Positions 9,553-18,649 of a DNA stretch of 64,000 nucleotides are shown piece after piece. The position numbers and the translations under genes are program-made. The stretch comes from Macrostomum hystrix (Eukaryota > Animalia > Platyhelminthes). The stretch covers positions 4,774,001 to 4,838,000 of the forward strand of contig CATNEN010000030.1 in the NCBI GenBank assembly GCA_950097015.1. Reading direction: 5' to 3'. How positions within the stretch are numbered: position 1 is the first letter of the stretch; the number at the start of each line of letters is the position of its first letter. The notes below the pieces were generated by a model that was not told the DNA's origin, did not search any database, and worked only from the letters and a program-made list of their open reading frames with translations.

Positions 9553-12500
9553 TCACCAACGAGGAGACAGTCGGTCTGGGGCGACTCCCTTGGTCGACCT
9601 GCAGCTTCGTCGGGGCTCCGGTGTAGCTTCAGCGGTCTGCTGCGGTGGTGCCGCTGCGTCTGGCCGCTGGCTATCAGGTTCCGGGTTCCGGCCGCCTTCG
9701 TCAGGGTTCCGGCCGCCGTCGTCAGGGCTCCGACCGGCATCGTCAGGATCCCGGCCGCCGTCGTCAGTGTTGTCCGTAACTTCCGCCCGGCTTGGACTCG
9801 GACACAAACGCAGCTGATCCCGGTGTGCCAGCACAGGCCTGTCGTCCTTGTCCCGGGTGACCACGGCCGTGTTGTGGCCGGCCTGTACCACAAAGCGGAC
9901 GGTCTCAGCCGGCACCCCCGGTCGCGACTGGTAGACGAGCGGCGCATCGGTGTCGAATTGGAGGGTCAGCGGACTTCGCAGCTGTCGCCCCATAAGCGCA
10001 GACGGACTGCCACGCCCGTCGCCCCGCGGAGTGGCCCGGTAGTTAAGCAGCAGCTTGGCGAGGTACGCGTCGAACCTGCCCTGGTGCACGGCGAAGGCCC
10101 GCAGCCCCTTCTTGACGGTCTGGACCATGCGCTCGGCGCACCCGTTTGACTGCGGATGATACGGCGGCGAGTGCATCGGCGAGCAGCCGATCTTCTTGAG
10201 CCATTCGTGCAGCTGCTGGTCACGGAACTCCGGAGCATTGTCCGCCACCAAGGTATGCGGCACACCCAGGCGGGAAAAAATCAAGCGGAGCACCTTGATG
10301 ACCGTCATCGCGCTCTTGTCGGCAACAGGCACCGCTTCCGGCCAGCCGGAGAAGGCGTCCACCACAATGAGCAGCAGGCCGAAGCCGGGAACGTGAGCAT
10401 GGTCCATGTGCACGCGTCTCCAGGGACCATTTTCCGCCGGCCAGGTGTGGCACGTTCTGGCAGGCATTGGACGGATCTCCGCGCATCGCTGGCATTGCTT
10501 GACGAAGTTTTCGACGTCCTCGCAGTGACCCGGCCACCAGGCTTCCAGCTTGAGTCGATTTCTTGTCGCTAGGGCACCGCAGTGCGAGTCGCCGTGAGCC
10601 GCTCGCAGCACGTCTTGCCGCAGCCGGCTAGGCGGGACCACCAGGTCTCTCAGGCAGACGACGCCACTCTCCACTGAGAGCTGCTGGCGGACGGCTTTAT
10701 ACGGTCGCTCCGCTGCCGAGCAGTTGTTCCACGCATTGCTGCGGATCCTGCGCTTGACGCTGGCGAGCACCGGGTCATTGTCAGTGGCGTCTCTGATCTG
10801 CTCCAGCTTGAGCACCTCCGTCTCTGTCCAGTGAACGAAGCTTTCCTGGCAGTCGTCTCCATCGCCTTCCTCCTTGAATTCAATTCGAGACAGCGCGTCG
10901 ACGTGCGGGATGCAGCTGCCCTTGATGTACGAGATTTCGTAGTCGAAGGCCGACAGCTGCAACGCCCAGTGCATGATCCTTGCCGATGTGACCTTTGGAA
11001 GCTCCCGAGACGGACTAAAAATGAACTCCAATGGTTGATGATCGCACTGGAGCACAAACTTGCTGCCGAGAAGAAAGTGTCTGGCTCTCTGAGTGGCCCA
11101 CACCACAGCCAGGGCCTCTCGCTCGATATTCGAGTAATTTCTCTCAGCCGGTGTCAGCCGTCTTGACAGGTACATCACTGGGTGCTCGTCCTGAGAGAGG
11201 ACTGCTGCTATGGCCTTCTCGCTGGCGTCAGTAGTCAGAGTTGTGCGCTTTCTTGCATCGAAGATTCGGACCACTGGGGAAGCTGCAAGCGCCTGCTTGA
11301 GCTCGTCAAACGCTTTCTGCTGCCGAGGTCCCCAATGGAACGCGACTTTCTTGCTCCGCAGCTCGGTCAGCGGCTCGGTCTTCTCCGAGTAGGACTTGAT
11401 GTAGCGCGAGTAGTACACCGTCATTCCTAGAAACGACTCGAGTTCCTTTTTGCTCGCCGGGGTGCTCACGCCGAGGATTTTCTCCACCAGCTTCCGATCA
11501 GGGCGCACGCCGTCAGCCGCGATGCGGTAGCCAAGGAAACTGATTTCCGTGCTGCGGAAAACGCATTTTTTTTCGTTGATCGACATGCCGGCATCAGAAA
11601 GCGCTCTCAGCAGGTCCCGGACTTTGCTGTCCAATTCGTCCGCTGTGGTGGCGCCAACGCACATGTCGTCTTGGTAGATCACCAGGTTGCTGACCGCACC
11701 GCCGACCGTTGCCTCCATGGCAGCCTGGAACTGCGCACTGGCCGTCTTCACCCCGAATGGCATGCGCGTCCATCTGAGCAGGCCTAGGGGCGTGTTGATG
11801 GTGAGTATTTCTCTGGAGGCCTCGTCTAGCTCAATCTGATTGTAGGCATTTGTTAAGTCTACAATTGCGAAGTGCTTCATGCTTGCGAAGACCTTGTAGT
11901 CGGAGCAGATTCTCAGGTCTCCGTCGGCCTTGCGCACCACCACAATGGGCGATGCCCAACTGCTGCCGCCTGGCGGCACAGGCTCGAGGATCCCGGCGTC
12001 GATCATCGTCCGCAGCTTAGCCACCACCAGCGGCTTGAGATGAATCGGGAGCGGCCGGGCATCGAAGAAGCTGGGCTGAGCGTTCTCCCTGAGCAGGACC
12101 CGAGCACGGAAACCTTTGAGCTTGCCTAGCGGTTTGCTGCTGCGCTCCACTTGATTGACAGTCGCTGTGTCCAGCTTGAAGTCCAGCACGTCTGTTCCGA
12201 TGAGGCCGTGCTCCTTTGTGCATTCAGTGACCGTCACGTCCGCAAAGGCGATTTGTCTCCCGACTTCGATGAGCGCCGTGAAGCATCCTCTAGTTCTGAT
12301 GACTGTCCCGTCAAATTGTCGCAGTCTCAACTTGGACTTTCGTAGCTTGGGCTCACCGAGGCTCCACGGCTCGGCACGGAGAGAAGAAGAACTCCTCCAG
12401 AAGTTTATCGGAATGATGCTCGCACCGGATCCAGAGTCGAGCTGCATTTTGAACGGCTTGCCTTCAATGAGCACAGTTTTTATGCTGCCGCTGCCGCTCT

Positions 12501-13365
12501 CGTTACCGACAATGGTGTAGATGCCTGCCTGCTCACACTCGCTCGTGTCGATTTCATGGGCATGTGCAACCGACTTGGACTTGGCGCTGCTCCTGCAGAC
12601 TGCAGCAAAGTGGTTCCTGCGGTGGCATTTGTTACAAGTCTTCCCGAATGCAGGGCATTTGCCTGGCTGGTGCTGCAGACCACACGACCTGCACTGAGCA
12701 CCGCTATTGCGGTTCCTGTCGATGCTGGCAACTGGTGTCGAACTCTCAGCCGTCTCGGAGCTTCTGCTAGGCTCTCGGGCTTCAGCAGATCGGTCGCTTG
12801 AGCTGTAGCTCTGGATGAGCTCTAACTGCTGGATGTACTGCAGACACGTGTCCAGAGTCACTGGATTCTCAGAGCTCTGAATGTGCTCAAGTGTTTTGGT
12901 CCGCTGGCTGCGGTCGCATAAGCCGCTGATCAGCAGTGTTTGGATCAAGTCATCCTCGGCTGACTGTTTGCAGCCTTGTTCGTTGAGCTTGTCAAACTCA
13001 CAGTGCTTTGCCGCGTCTCTCAAGCGCTCCGCGAACTGCTGGGCCGACTCTGTTGACAGCTGCCGCTGGGACATGAACCTTGTGCGCTCTGCAATCACCA
13101 GTTTCTTTTTGGGCTGGAGTCGCCCGATGATCATTTTCTTGATGTCCTTGAAGGTCATATCCTCAATGTTTTTCGGCTTTGCCATGATAGAGACGGATCG
13201 GACTGCATTGATTCCTGCTCGAGCAAGGAAGAGGTCTGTTACCTGCTTCTCTTCGTTTGTATCTTGCAGTTTTTTGTGCCTGCACAGTGCTTCAAAACTT
13301 TGCAGCCAGGCCTCAGCCATGGCTGGGTCATTGAGAGGTAATTCACTGGCTGCTTGCGACGCCAT
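9553..13365 (-). CDS. Gag-Pol polyprotein (1270 aa): gag with two Cys-His knuckles, protease, RT (internally deleted), RNase H, integrase
   Basis: CRSCGLQHQPGKC and CNKCHRRNHFAAVC knuckles; LDSGSGASII protease; SWASPIVVV..YQDD RT; TDAS..NYSNIEREALA..DHQPL RNase H; HGDSH..CQRC zinc finger and VHMD..VDAFSGW..DNAPEF..SNGCAER integrase core. No chromodomain seen. Confidence 0.96.
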   Translation of the reverse strand: MASQAASELPLNDPAMAEAWLQSFEALCRHKKLQDTNEEKQVTDLFLARAGINAVRSVSIMAKPKNIEDMTFKDIKKMIIGRLQPKKKLVIAERTRFMSQRQLSTESAQQFAERLRDAAKHCEFDKLNEQGCKQSAEDDLIQTLLISGLCDRSQRTKTLEHIQSSENPVTLDTCLQYIQQLELIQSYSSSDRSAEAREPSRSSETAESSTPVASIDRNRNSGAQCRSCGLQHQPGKCPAFGKTCNKCHRRNHFAAVCRSSAKSKSVAHAHEIDTSECEQAGIYTIVGNESGSGSIKTVLIEGKPFKMQLDSGSGASIIPINFWRSSSSLRAEPWSLGEPKLRKSKLRLRQFDGTVIRTRGCFTALIEVGRQIAFADVTVTECTKEHGLIGTDVLDFKLDTATVNQVERSSKPLGKLKGFRARVLLRENAQPSFFDARPLPIHLKPLVVAKLRTMIDAGILEPVPPGGSSWASPIVVVRKADGDLRICSDYKVFASMKHFAIVDLTNAYNQIELDEASREILTINTPLGLLRWTRMPFGVKTASAQFQAAMEATVGGAVSNLVIYQDDMCVGATTADELDSKVRDLLRALSDAGMSINEKKCVFRSTEISFLGYRIAADGVRPDRKLVEKILGVSTPASKKELESFLGMTVYYSRYIKSYSEKTEPLTELRSKKVAFHWGPRQQKAFDELKQALAASPVVRIFDARKRTTLTTDASEKAIAAVLSQDEHPVMYLSRRLTPAERNYSNIEREALAVVWATQRARHFLLGSKFVLQCDHQPLEFIFSPSRELPKVTSARIMHWALQLSAFDYEISYIKGSCIPHVDALSRIEFKEEGDGDDCQESFVHWTETEVLKLEQIRDATDNDPVLASVKRRIRSNAWNNCSAAERPYKAVRQQLSVESGVVCLRDLVVPPSRLRQDVLRAAHGDSHCGALATRNRLKLEAWWPGHCEDVENFVKQCQRCAEIRPMPARTCHTWPAENGPWRRVHMDHAHVPGFGLLLIVVDAFSGWPEAVPVADKSAMTVIKVLRLIFSRLGVPHTLVADNAPEFRDQQLHEWLKKIGCSPMHSPPYHPQSNGCAERMVQTVKKGLRAFAVHQGRFDAYLAKLLLNYRATPRGDGRGSPSALMGRQLRSPLTLQFDTDAPLVYQSRPGVPAETVRFVVQAGHNTAVVTRDKDDRPVLAHRDQLRLCPSPSRAEVTDNTDDGGRDPDDAGRSPDDGGRNPDEGGRNPEPDSQRPDAAAPPQQTAEATPEPRRSCRSTKGVAPDRLSPRW

Positions 13366-13619
13366 TGTCGTGTCGTGGCTGGCTAGCCAAACTTGAGCCG
13401 CAAATGGGCGAGAGGTTGTTATTTATTATAGTTGGCATTGCACATAGATGTACATGCAGATACGAGTAAAGCATCAGCTAATAGATTAGACGGTTAGGCA
13501 TAAGCGTACATTGACAGACAGAGCAGGCGGGGAGAGAGCAAGCAGTCCTAAACTCAGCGCCAATAACAATTGGGGTGCAGCCCCACACTGCGCACTTCAA
13601 GTCAAGTCACGATACAACA
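13366..13619 (-). repeat. 5' LTR (254 bp)
   Basis: Direct repeat of 9291-9544; followed on the minus strand by the PBS-like TGGCG. Confidence 0.97.
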
Positions 13620-13624
13620 GTTTA

Positions 13625-13812
13625 AAAAATTTTACTGTTGCAAACTCAATGTTCCTTGGAGGGTGGCCCTCAAGGGTGTTAAATTGCAAGAAAAGCCCCA
13701 AGCCCTCTCTCCGCGGCTGGACCCCAAATTGATGTAGCCTCACCGCGGAATCGAGCTTAGGGACCTAGGTGCGAGAAGCAAACGCGTTAAACCGCTCTGG
13801 CACTCACCCCCC
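13625..13812 (-). mobile_element. tRNA-derived SINE-like element
   Basis: Minus strand reads GGTGAGTGCCAGAGCGGTTTAACGCG (A-box-like) ... AAGCTCGATTCCGCGGTGAGG (B-box-like), then a ~110-bp body ending in an A/T-rich stretch. No anticodon arm identified. Confidence 0.5.
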
Positions 13813-14579
13813 GATAATTGGGTCATACTCTTTCGAGATGTCATTCCTTTGGTCTGATACTAAAGTAAGCTCCCACCTCTATTAAGAGTGAGATACGCTC
13901 GTAATCGCTGTTGATGCTGACATTTATTTATTTTGCTTGAATATCATCAATCAGTAAAAACTTAAGGATTGAGATTATCACTGCCAAGATACGAGCTAAG
14001 ATCAAACTTATCTTACGAAAGCTTTATAGTACGAGCCCTTTTGTTTCATTAAAAAAGCGAATCTTGCTAAAAGTATCATGTGACTTATTCTTCGTTTGTA
14101 TAAAAACGACAAGGTTCCACGCAATGATAAAGTGCATAAAAAAGAAAAAATGTGACTCAGACATGTCGCAAAAAATACAGTCCCGTTATCTACTCGTATA
14201 TTAGCTAGGTAAAACGGTTTGCAGTTTTTTTATTCAAAAGTTATAGGCCGCTCTGAAAATTAAGAAAATCTGGCTTAAAAATTTTTGGCAATGAATCAAT
14301 TGGGATGAAAAAGTTCGAATTTTGTTAAAAAACTGTCTAAAAGTACAATTAGTTTTTTTGAGAAAACCATCAAGCCATGTCTTCGTCGTGGATTAAAACT
14401 AGAGGGAAAATAGTCAATTTCCGCAGTTGTCCAGTATTGTCGGCCTGCTCCTAATAGCTATGTAGCATTCATGGTGCTTTTCATTTTTTATACGAATGTG
14501 AGTCTATTTTATTGGAATCGTCTCGTCGACAAATAGTTAACTAAAATATAATATTTTACCAAAGGCTTGATCATATAAG

Positions 14580-15059
14580 TTAGCTGCTGCGATCGAAGAT
14601 TGGTTGCAGCCGCGCTGGCCTAGAATCTGCAGTGAGCTTTTGTGTATCTGAAAGCCCTTTTTCACTACGTGATTGAGACAATAGTGGGGCCACAGGACGC
14701 GAGGGTGCCTTTATGGGCTGGTATGAAAGAAGAATAGAAGGCGAGCTGCTATTTTGATCTTGCAGGGCCTGCAGGTGCCGGCCATCGGTCTTCGATGGTT
14801 CATCCATTGCTGGCAACGAGTGAGGTTGTGACTGCGGCTGTGGCTTTGACTGAGAGTGCCGTTGGCTACGCTGAACCCAGACTCTTCTGCGACGAAAGAG
14901 GTTTTCCTGTCGGTCTTGTACGCTGCCGGGTTCCGATTGCTGATTCGATGCAGGTGCAGCAGACGGTGGTAGCACGTTAGGGCTGGTTGATTTTCGACGC
15001 ATCGTTGGTGAAGCCTGAGGCCGTTGCTGTCGTCTGATTTTAGCTGACAGTCGGAGAAC
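14580..15059 (-). CDS. TTLL10: TTLL10 last coding exon, low-complexity S/P/Q/R-rich tail
   Basis: ctttTAG acceptor, in frame with ORF 14580..15002; TAA stop. AATAAA on the minus strand at 14508-14513. Confidence 0.75.
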   Translation of the reverse strand, partial: VLRLSAKIRRQQRPQASPTMRRKSTSPNVLPPSAAPASNQQSEPGSVQDRQENLFRRRRVWVQRSQRHSQSKPQPQSQPHSLPAMDEPSKTDGRHLQALQDQNSSSPSILLSYQPIKAPSRPVAPLLSQSRSEKGLSDTQKLTADSRPARLQPIFDRSS

Positions 15060-17615
15060 CTAAAAGAGATTCCGGTTGATAGAACTTAATTTGGACTTGA
15101 CAAGTCTAATGCCCAGATGTTGACTGAATACTGACTGCTTCATAATTTTTTTACTACTAGCGTACAATTAGCTTACCCCTGCGCCTTCACGTAATTCGTT
15201 TTTATATTCATTAAGGTTGTGATATTTGAGTCTGCAGATCATATGATATGGAAAATTGGCATTTTTGTTATTTTTAATTCTTTCGTTAGCTCATTGTTCA
15301 CATTCTTAATGTTTCAGCTAAAATTTTATGTGGCAGTATGCCTACATAAAAAGGCTCATGATTTTTAACCTAATTAAATAATGGTTCCAATCTCACCTGA
15401 GGAGAACCGCCCCCATGCTGTGGTTGTCTATTTGGTAAATACCCAGATTGAGACTGGACGGCGATGGCTCCGCAGTATAAAACCTGGAAGTTACCTAGAC
15501 ATTTCAGAGGGAGCAGCTGAAGCCGCTTTTTCGCTTTGTTGAAGCACTCGAGTGCAATATCTGGAAAAGAAAAAAAATTGCCATGAGTTTTTTAGCATTG
15601 TACTTTAAAAAGTAATTTTGCGGCAGATATTGCTGAGAGACTGAGAGAAAGTTGAATGCGTAGCATTTGATTCCATTATTGCCCTACTTCTTCAGAATTT
15701 AACTTTCAAATCGTTTTTACGAGCTTCTGGTTACATGAAAGCAATTGGTGCGTCTCATGTACTCACGAATCGTTTGCTCAATAAGAGGGGGCAGTAGATC
15801 ATTTAGAAGCTGGCAGTTTACGTGCATAGCTGGATTAGTATTCACCTCGATGAGAAACAACTGAAATGATAAATTGAAAAATATAACTAATGATGGAAAA
15901 GTCTATCAGGGACAGCAAGCACTTGTCATGTACTAAGCGTTGGTTGTGGTGCACCATAAGCCAATGAGTCAGCAAAATTATTATACTTCGTAATTAATGC
16001 TACTGACTATACGATAAATAAGTCGCTCGTACAAGCGCGATTCTTGCCTATTGCCACAAACTGGCGACAATGCGAGTACTTGGCTAAAAAAGATAACACA
16101 ATTAATTATTATATTATCTTTCGGCTAAACTGAGGTTTACCGTAAATTGTATCTTCCAGATTGTTGTGTCCAATATGATATGTACAAGGCAAATTATCTG
16201 GCATTTGCAAAAAGATGTGTAAATCACAAGCTATCAATGTTAAAAGTTATCAGAGCCGGTTAAAGAGAGTATCAATATACAAACCTTGTAGTTATCGTCT
16301 ATCATAAAGTCGATACCATAGAGCTCAAAGTAACCTAGCCGAGTAGTTAGTTTGTGCTTTACTGCATTGAACATGTGTAGCAAGATAGCTTTCATTTGCT
16401 TCTCCATCCCGTTGAAAATCCAGTCCTTCTCCGGTGGCGGTGGCGCTCTTTTTTCTTTATGCAAAATTCCGTCTTCGCTTTCAAGCAGTGAATTCAGATA
16501 CTCGTTGAACTGTGACATACTCCATACAGTATCGTTTTTCACTTCCTCATACTTTTCATCCTTTTTCTGGATGAACTGGTTGGTCAGGTGAGTACACAAA
16601 TTTGTGTCGTTAGCATCGTATTTGTGGATGCTAAGCCGTAAATAACCGTGGTGGAACAGGACCAGATAAGGCGCAGTGCTGCCAATAAGCAAGTAAGCTC
16701 GGATATCGAACTTCCGGCCATTAATTAGCAGTGGGTTCATAATGTACCTATTAAAATGTGAAAATATAGTATTTAAGGTTTGAATTTTTTCAGCAACCTT
16801 CACTTTTATAACCACTTCAGCAGTATGAATAATAATAAAAACGTTTATTTATCTGCTTTTGAAGAACACTGGCCTCCAATCTTCGAAAAATATAACTTAC
16901 CTTTGAACAATCCGGCCCATGCTCTTGCCGGCTTTGACAGGGTTTCCTGTAAAAGCTGCTTTTTTCTCTTCATTTTGCTGCAGCTCCTCACGAAACTGGG
17001 CTATGTCTCGTACCAGGAAGATTCCCTTGCCTTGGTTTAGGCCAGTCGGCTTGTTAATCCAGATTTCCCCAGGCTTAAATGCATCGAAGAAGGCTTCCCG
17101 CTCCCGTGGATAATCCAGCACGTATGTTTCAGGAAAAAAATCGGTAAGCTGCATGGCCAGCTGCCTGCTGCTCATACTAACGCTGACTCGCTCGAACTCT
17201 CTGAGCGACGTGAGCAGACCGAGCTTGTTGCAGATTATCTCACAGTTTGGTATATGATTCACAAGCTGCTGGCCCTCTCGGAAGGTGCCATAGTTCACCA
17301 TACCCTTCGTCTCTGTCCAACTGAGCTTCCATTTATCCGCGGCCTTGTCGGTAGTTTTAGTCCACCCCATCTGGCTCATCGCGGCTTCGACACTGTAAAA
17401 ATTCTTTAGTTCTTCATTATCAATATACGAGAATAATTACACTTTATTTGGGATTTCGGATTCCAATTTTCTGACTGTCGATCATAAGAAATGTTTAAGT
17501 CAAAGTAAGAATATTTATAATAAAACTCTCACAGCGCTTGTCCATTGTGACCTTGCGCCAGGTATATGCTTGTTTCGGACCCAACATTTTTGCTTTTGAT
17601 CTCACTCGCAGCCAT
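14580..17615 (-). CDS. TTLL10: Tubulin polyglycylase TTLL10-like, 6 coding exons, ~591 aa
   Basis: Hand-spliced GT-AG model: 17615-17533, 17392-16901, 16747-16285, 15860-15767, 15560-15397, 15059-14580. Total 1776 nt; all phases are compatible. Motifs WINKPTGLNQGKGIFLV, YIMNPLLINGRKFDIRAYLL, HLTNQFIQKK, GYFELYGIDFMIDDNYK and LFLIEVNTNPA match TTLL10 as I recall it. Start codon uncertain; an upstream exon is possible. Confidence 0.88.
15397..15560 (-). CDS. TTLL10: TTLL10 coding exon 5 (HIALECFNKAKKRLQLLPL...)
   Basis: Polypyrimidine tract plus cAG acceptor, GTGAGA donor; open frame in the expected phase. Confidence 0.85.
15767..15860 (-). CDS. TTLL10: TTLL10 coding exon 4 (LFLIEVNTNPAMHVNCQLLNDLLPPLIEQTI)
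   Basis: atttcAG acceptor and GTGAGT donor; carries the catalytic E-x-N-x-x-P motif of TTL/ATP-grasp ligases. Too short for the ORF track. Confidence 0.9.
16285..16747 (-). CDS. TTLL10: TTLL10 coding exon 3
   Basis: ttttaatAG acceptor and GTTTGT donor after DDNYK; same frame as ORF 16240..16815. Confidence 0.92.
16901..17392 (-). CDS. TTLL10: TTLL10 coding exon 2
   Basis: ttttacAG acceptor and GTAAG donor; same frame as ORF 16897..17379. Confidence 0.92.
17533..17615 (-). CDS. TTLL10: TTLL10 coding exon 1 (MAASEIKSKNVGSETSIYLAQGHNGQAL)
   Basis: Ends at a GTGAG donor; YLAQGHNG aligns with the YIGGSNG region of TTLL10; phase 2 joins exon 2. Confidence 0.75.
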
Positions 17616-18078
17616 TCGCCACTTTTCACCAGTTTGAGGCTGCTTAAGTCTGGGTATCGTCTTCTAATCCGTTGGACTGGTGCTTTGTACTCGTAGGTTG
17701 CAGTAATGCAGAAAAAAAATTTGACGCTGATTCCAGCAGCTACTGTCGCTGATGATGAACTTGATCAGGCAGCAACTGCTGACAGAAACAAATTCGCAAT
17801 GAGTCGGAGTCAGATACCCACTGGCTCACCTACTAAAGCGATGGTTTAAGAAAGCTGGCCCTTTTCTTTCGTCAATTTAGGGCAGGGCGCTACTGGGCTA
17901 TCTTTCTTGCGAAACGTTTCAAAACAGATAACAGAAAAAGCCTCAGCAAAATGAATGGTAAAGTAGCATGGGCTGGCTGACACTGCTTAACACTGCTAAA
18001 GCTGCACAATAAATTCCTTGCGTCGACCATAGCTTGCCAGTGTTATTCCTCTCTCTATAAAGATTTTGCGCTAGACTG

Positions 18079-18091
18079 GTTGCTAGGCATC
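18079..18091. promoter_or_regulatory. Candidate RFX X-box upstream of TTLL10
   Basis: GTTGCTAGGCATC, one mismatch from GTTGCTAGGCAAC, ~460 bp upstream of the ATG of a ciliary gene. Confidence 0.35.
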
Positions 18092-18611
18092 AGTGGCTGA
18101 GGTGGGCTTCCCAATACTCAGTTTTAAGGCATGGCTCAGTACGCAGACTTCATTCCACAGTGCCATTGCAGCTTGAGAGTAGAAAGGAAAACATCAAACT
18201 GTACGCATGCATGCACACTCTTCTAATTCACCTCACTCACCTCTCCGGTGAAAGAATAGCAACTGCTGATGCGCATTACATTCCTCACAGTTCCATCTAT
18301 ACCCAACCCCGAGTCTCTTGCAGCGCGTGTACTTACATAAATGTGCAACGAAGCAGCCTGCTAACAAGTAAATGTAACTCTCATGAGTTAACGATTTATT
18401 AAGTTCAGCTAGCACGGCAAGTTGGAGAGGATTACACAAAACGAGAGCACTCTCTGACCACCAACTCAAGCCTCGAAGCAGCCAAACAAATCTGCACAGA
18501 CACTGCACGGAGAAAAATAAACATTTACCTCCTTAATAAACAATAGCAACCAAACAGGGCGAATCCCGCACTAGAGACTAGAGACGGACTAGTATAAGGA
18601 TCAGAGTATTC

Positions 18612-18646
18612 CAAAGACCTGTCTCCGGACTAGAGACAGGTCTTTG
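18612..18646. repeat. Perfect 14-bp inverted repeat with 7-nt loop at the satellite border
   Basis: caaagacctgtctc-cggacta-gagacaggtctttg read directly. Confidence 0.95.
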
Positions 18647-18649
18647 AAA

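Larger units (their letters stand above)
9291..13619 (-). mobile_element. Ty3/Gypsy LTR retrotransposon (Mag-like), 4329 bp, very recent insertion
   Basis: Two 254-bp TG...CA LTRs (9291-9544, 13366-13619) with no difference seen by eye. 5-bp TSD GTTTA (9286-9290, 13620-13624). PBS-like TGGCGTCGC at 13364-13356; PPT-like GGTGATGAGGGGA next to the 3' LTR; single gag-pol ORF. Confidence 0.98.

Noticed and set aside
9436-13396. Antisense and alternate-frame ORFs over the Gypsy and mariner elements
   Set aside because: These are expected shadows of GC-rich coding sequence with no motifs of their own.
9050-13652. 12-bp inverted match cattgagtttgc / gcaaactcaatg on either side of the Gypsy insertion
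   Set aside because: It does not extend and is compatible with chance.
18160-18520. Possible inverted, very old satellite copy
   Set aside because: Only scattered 8-10-bp resemblances (aagttcagctagc, cacgcgctgcaag); not convincing without an alignment.
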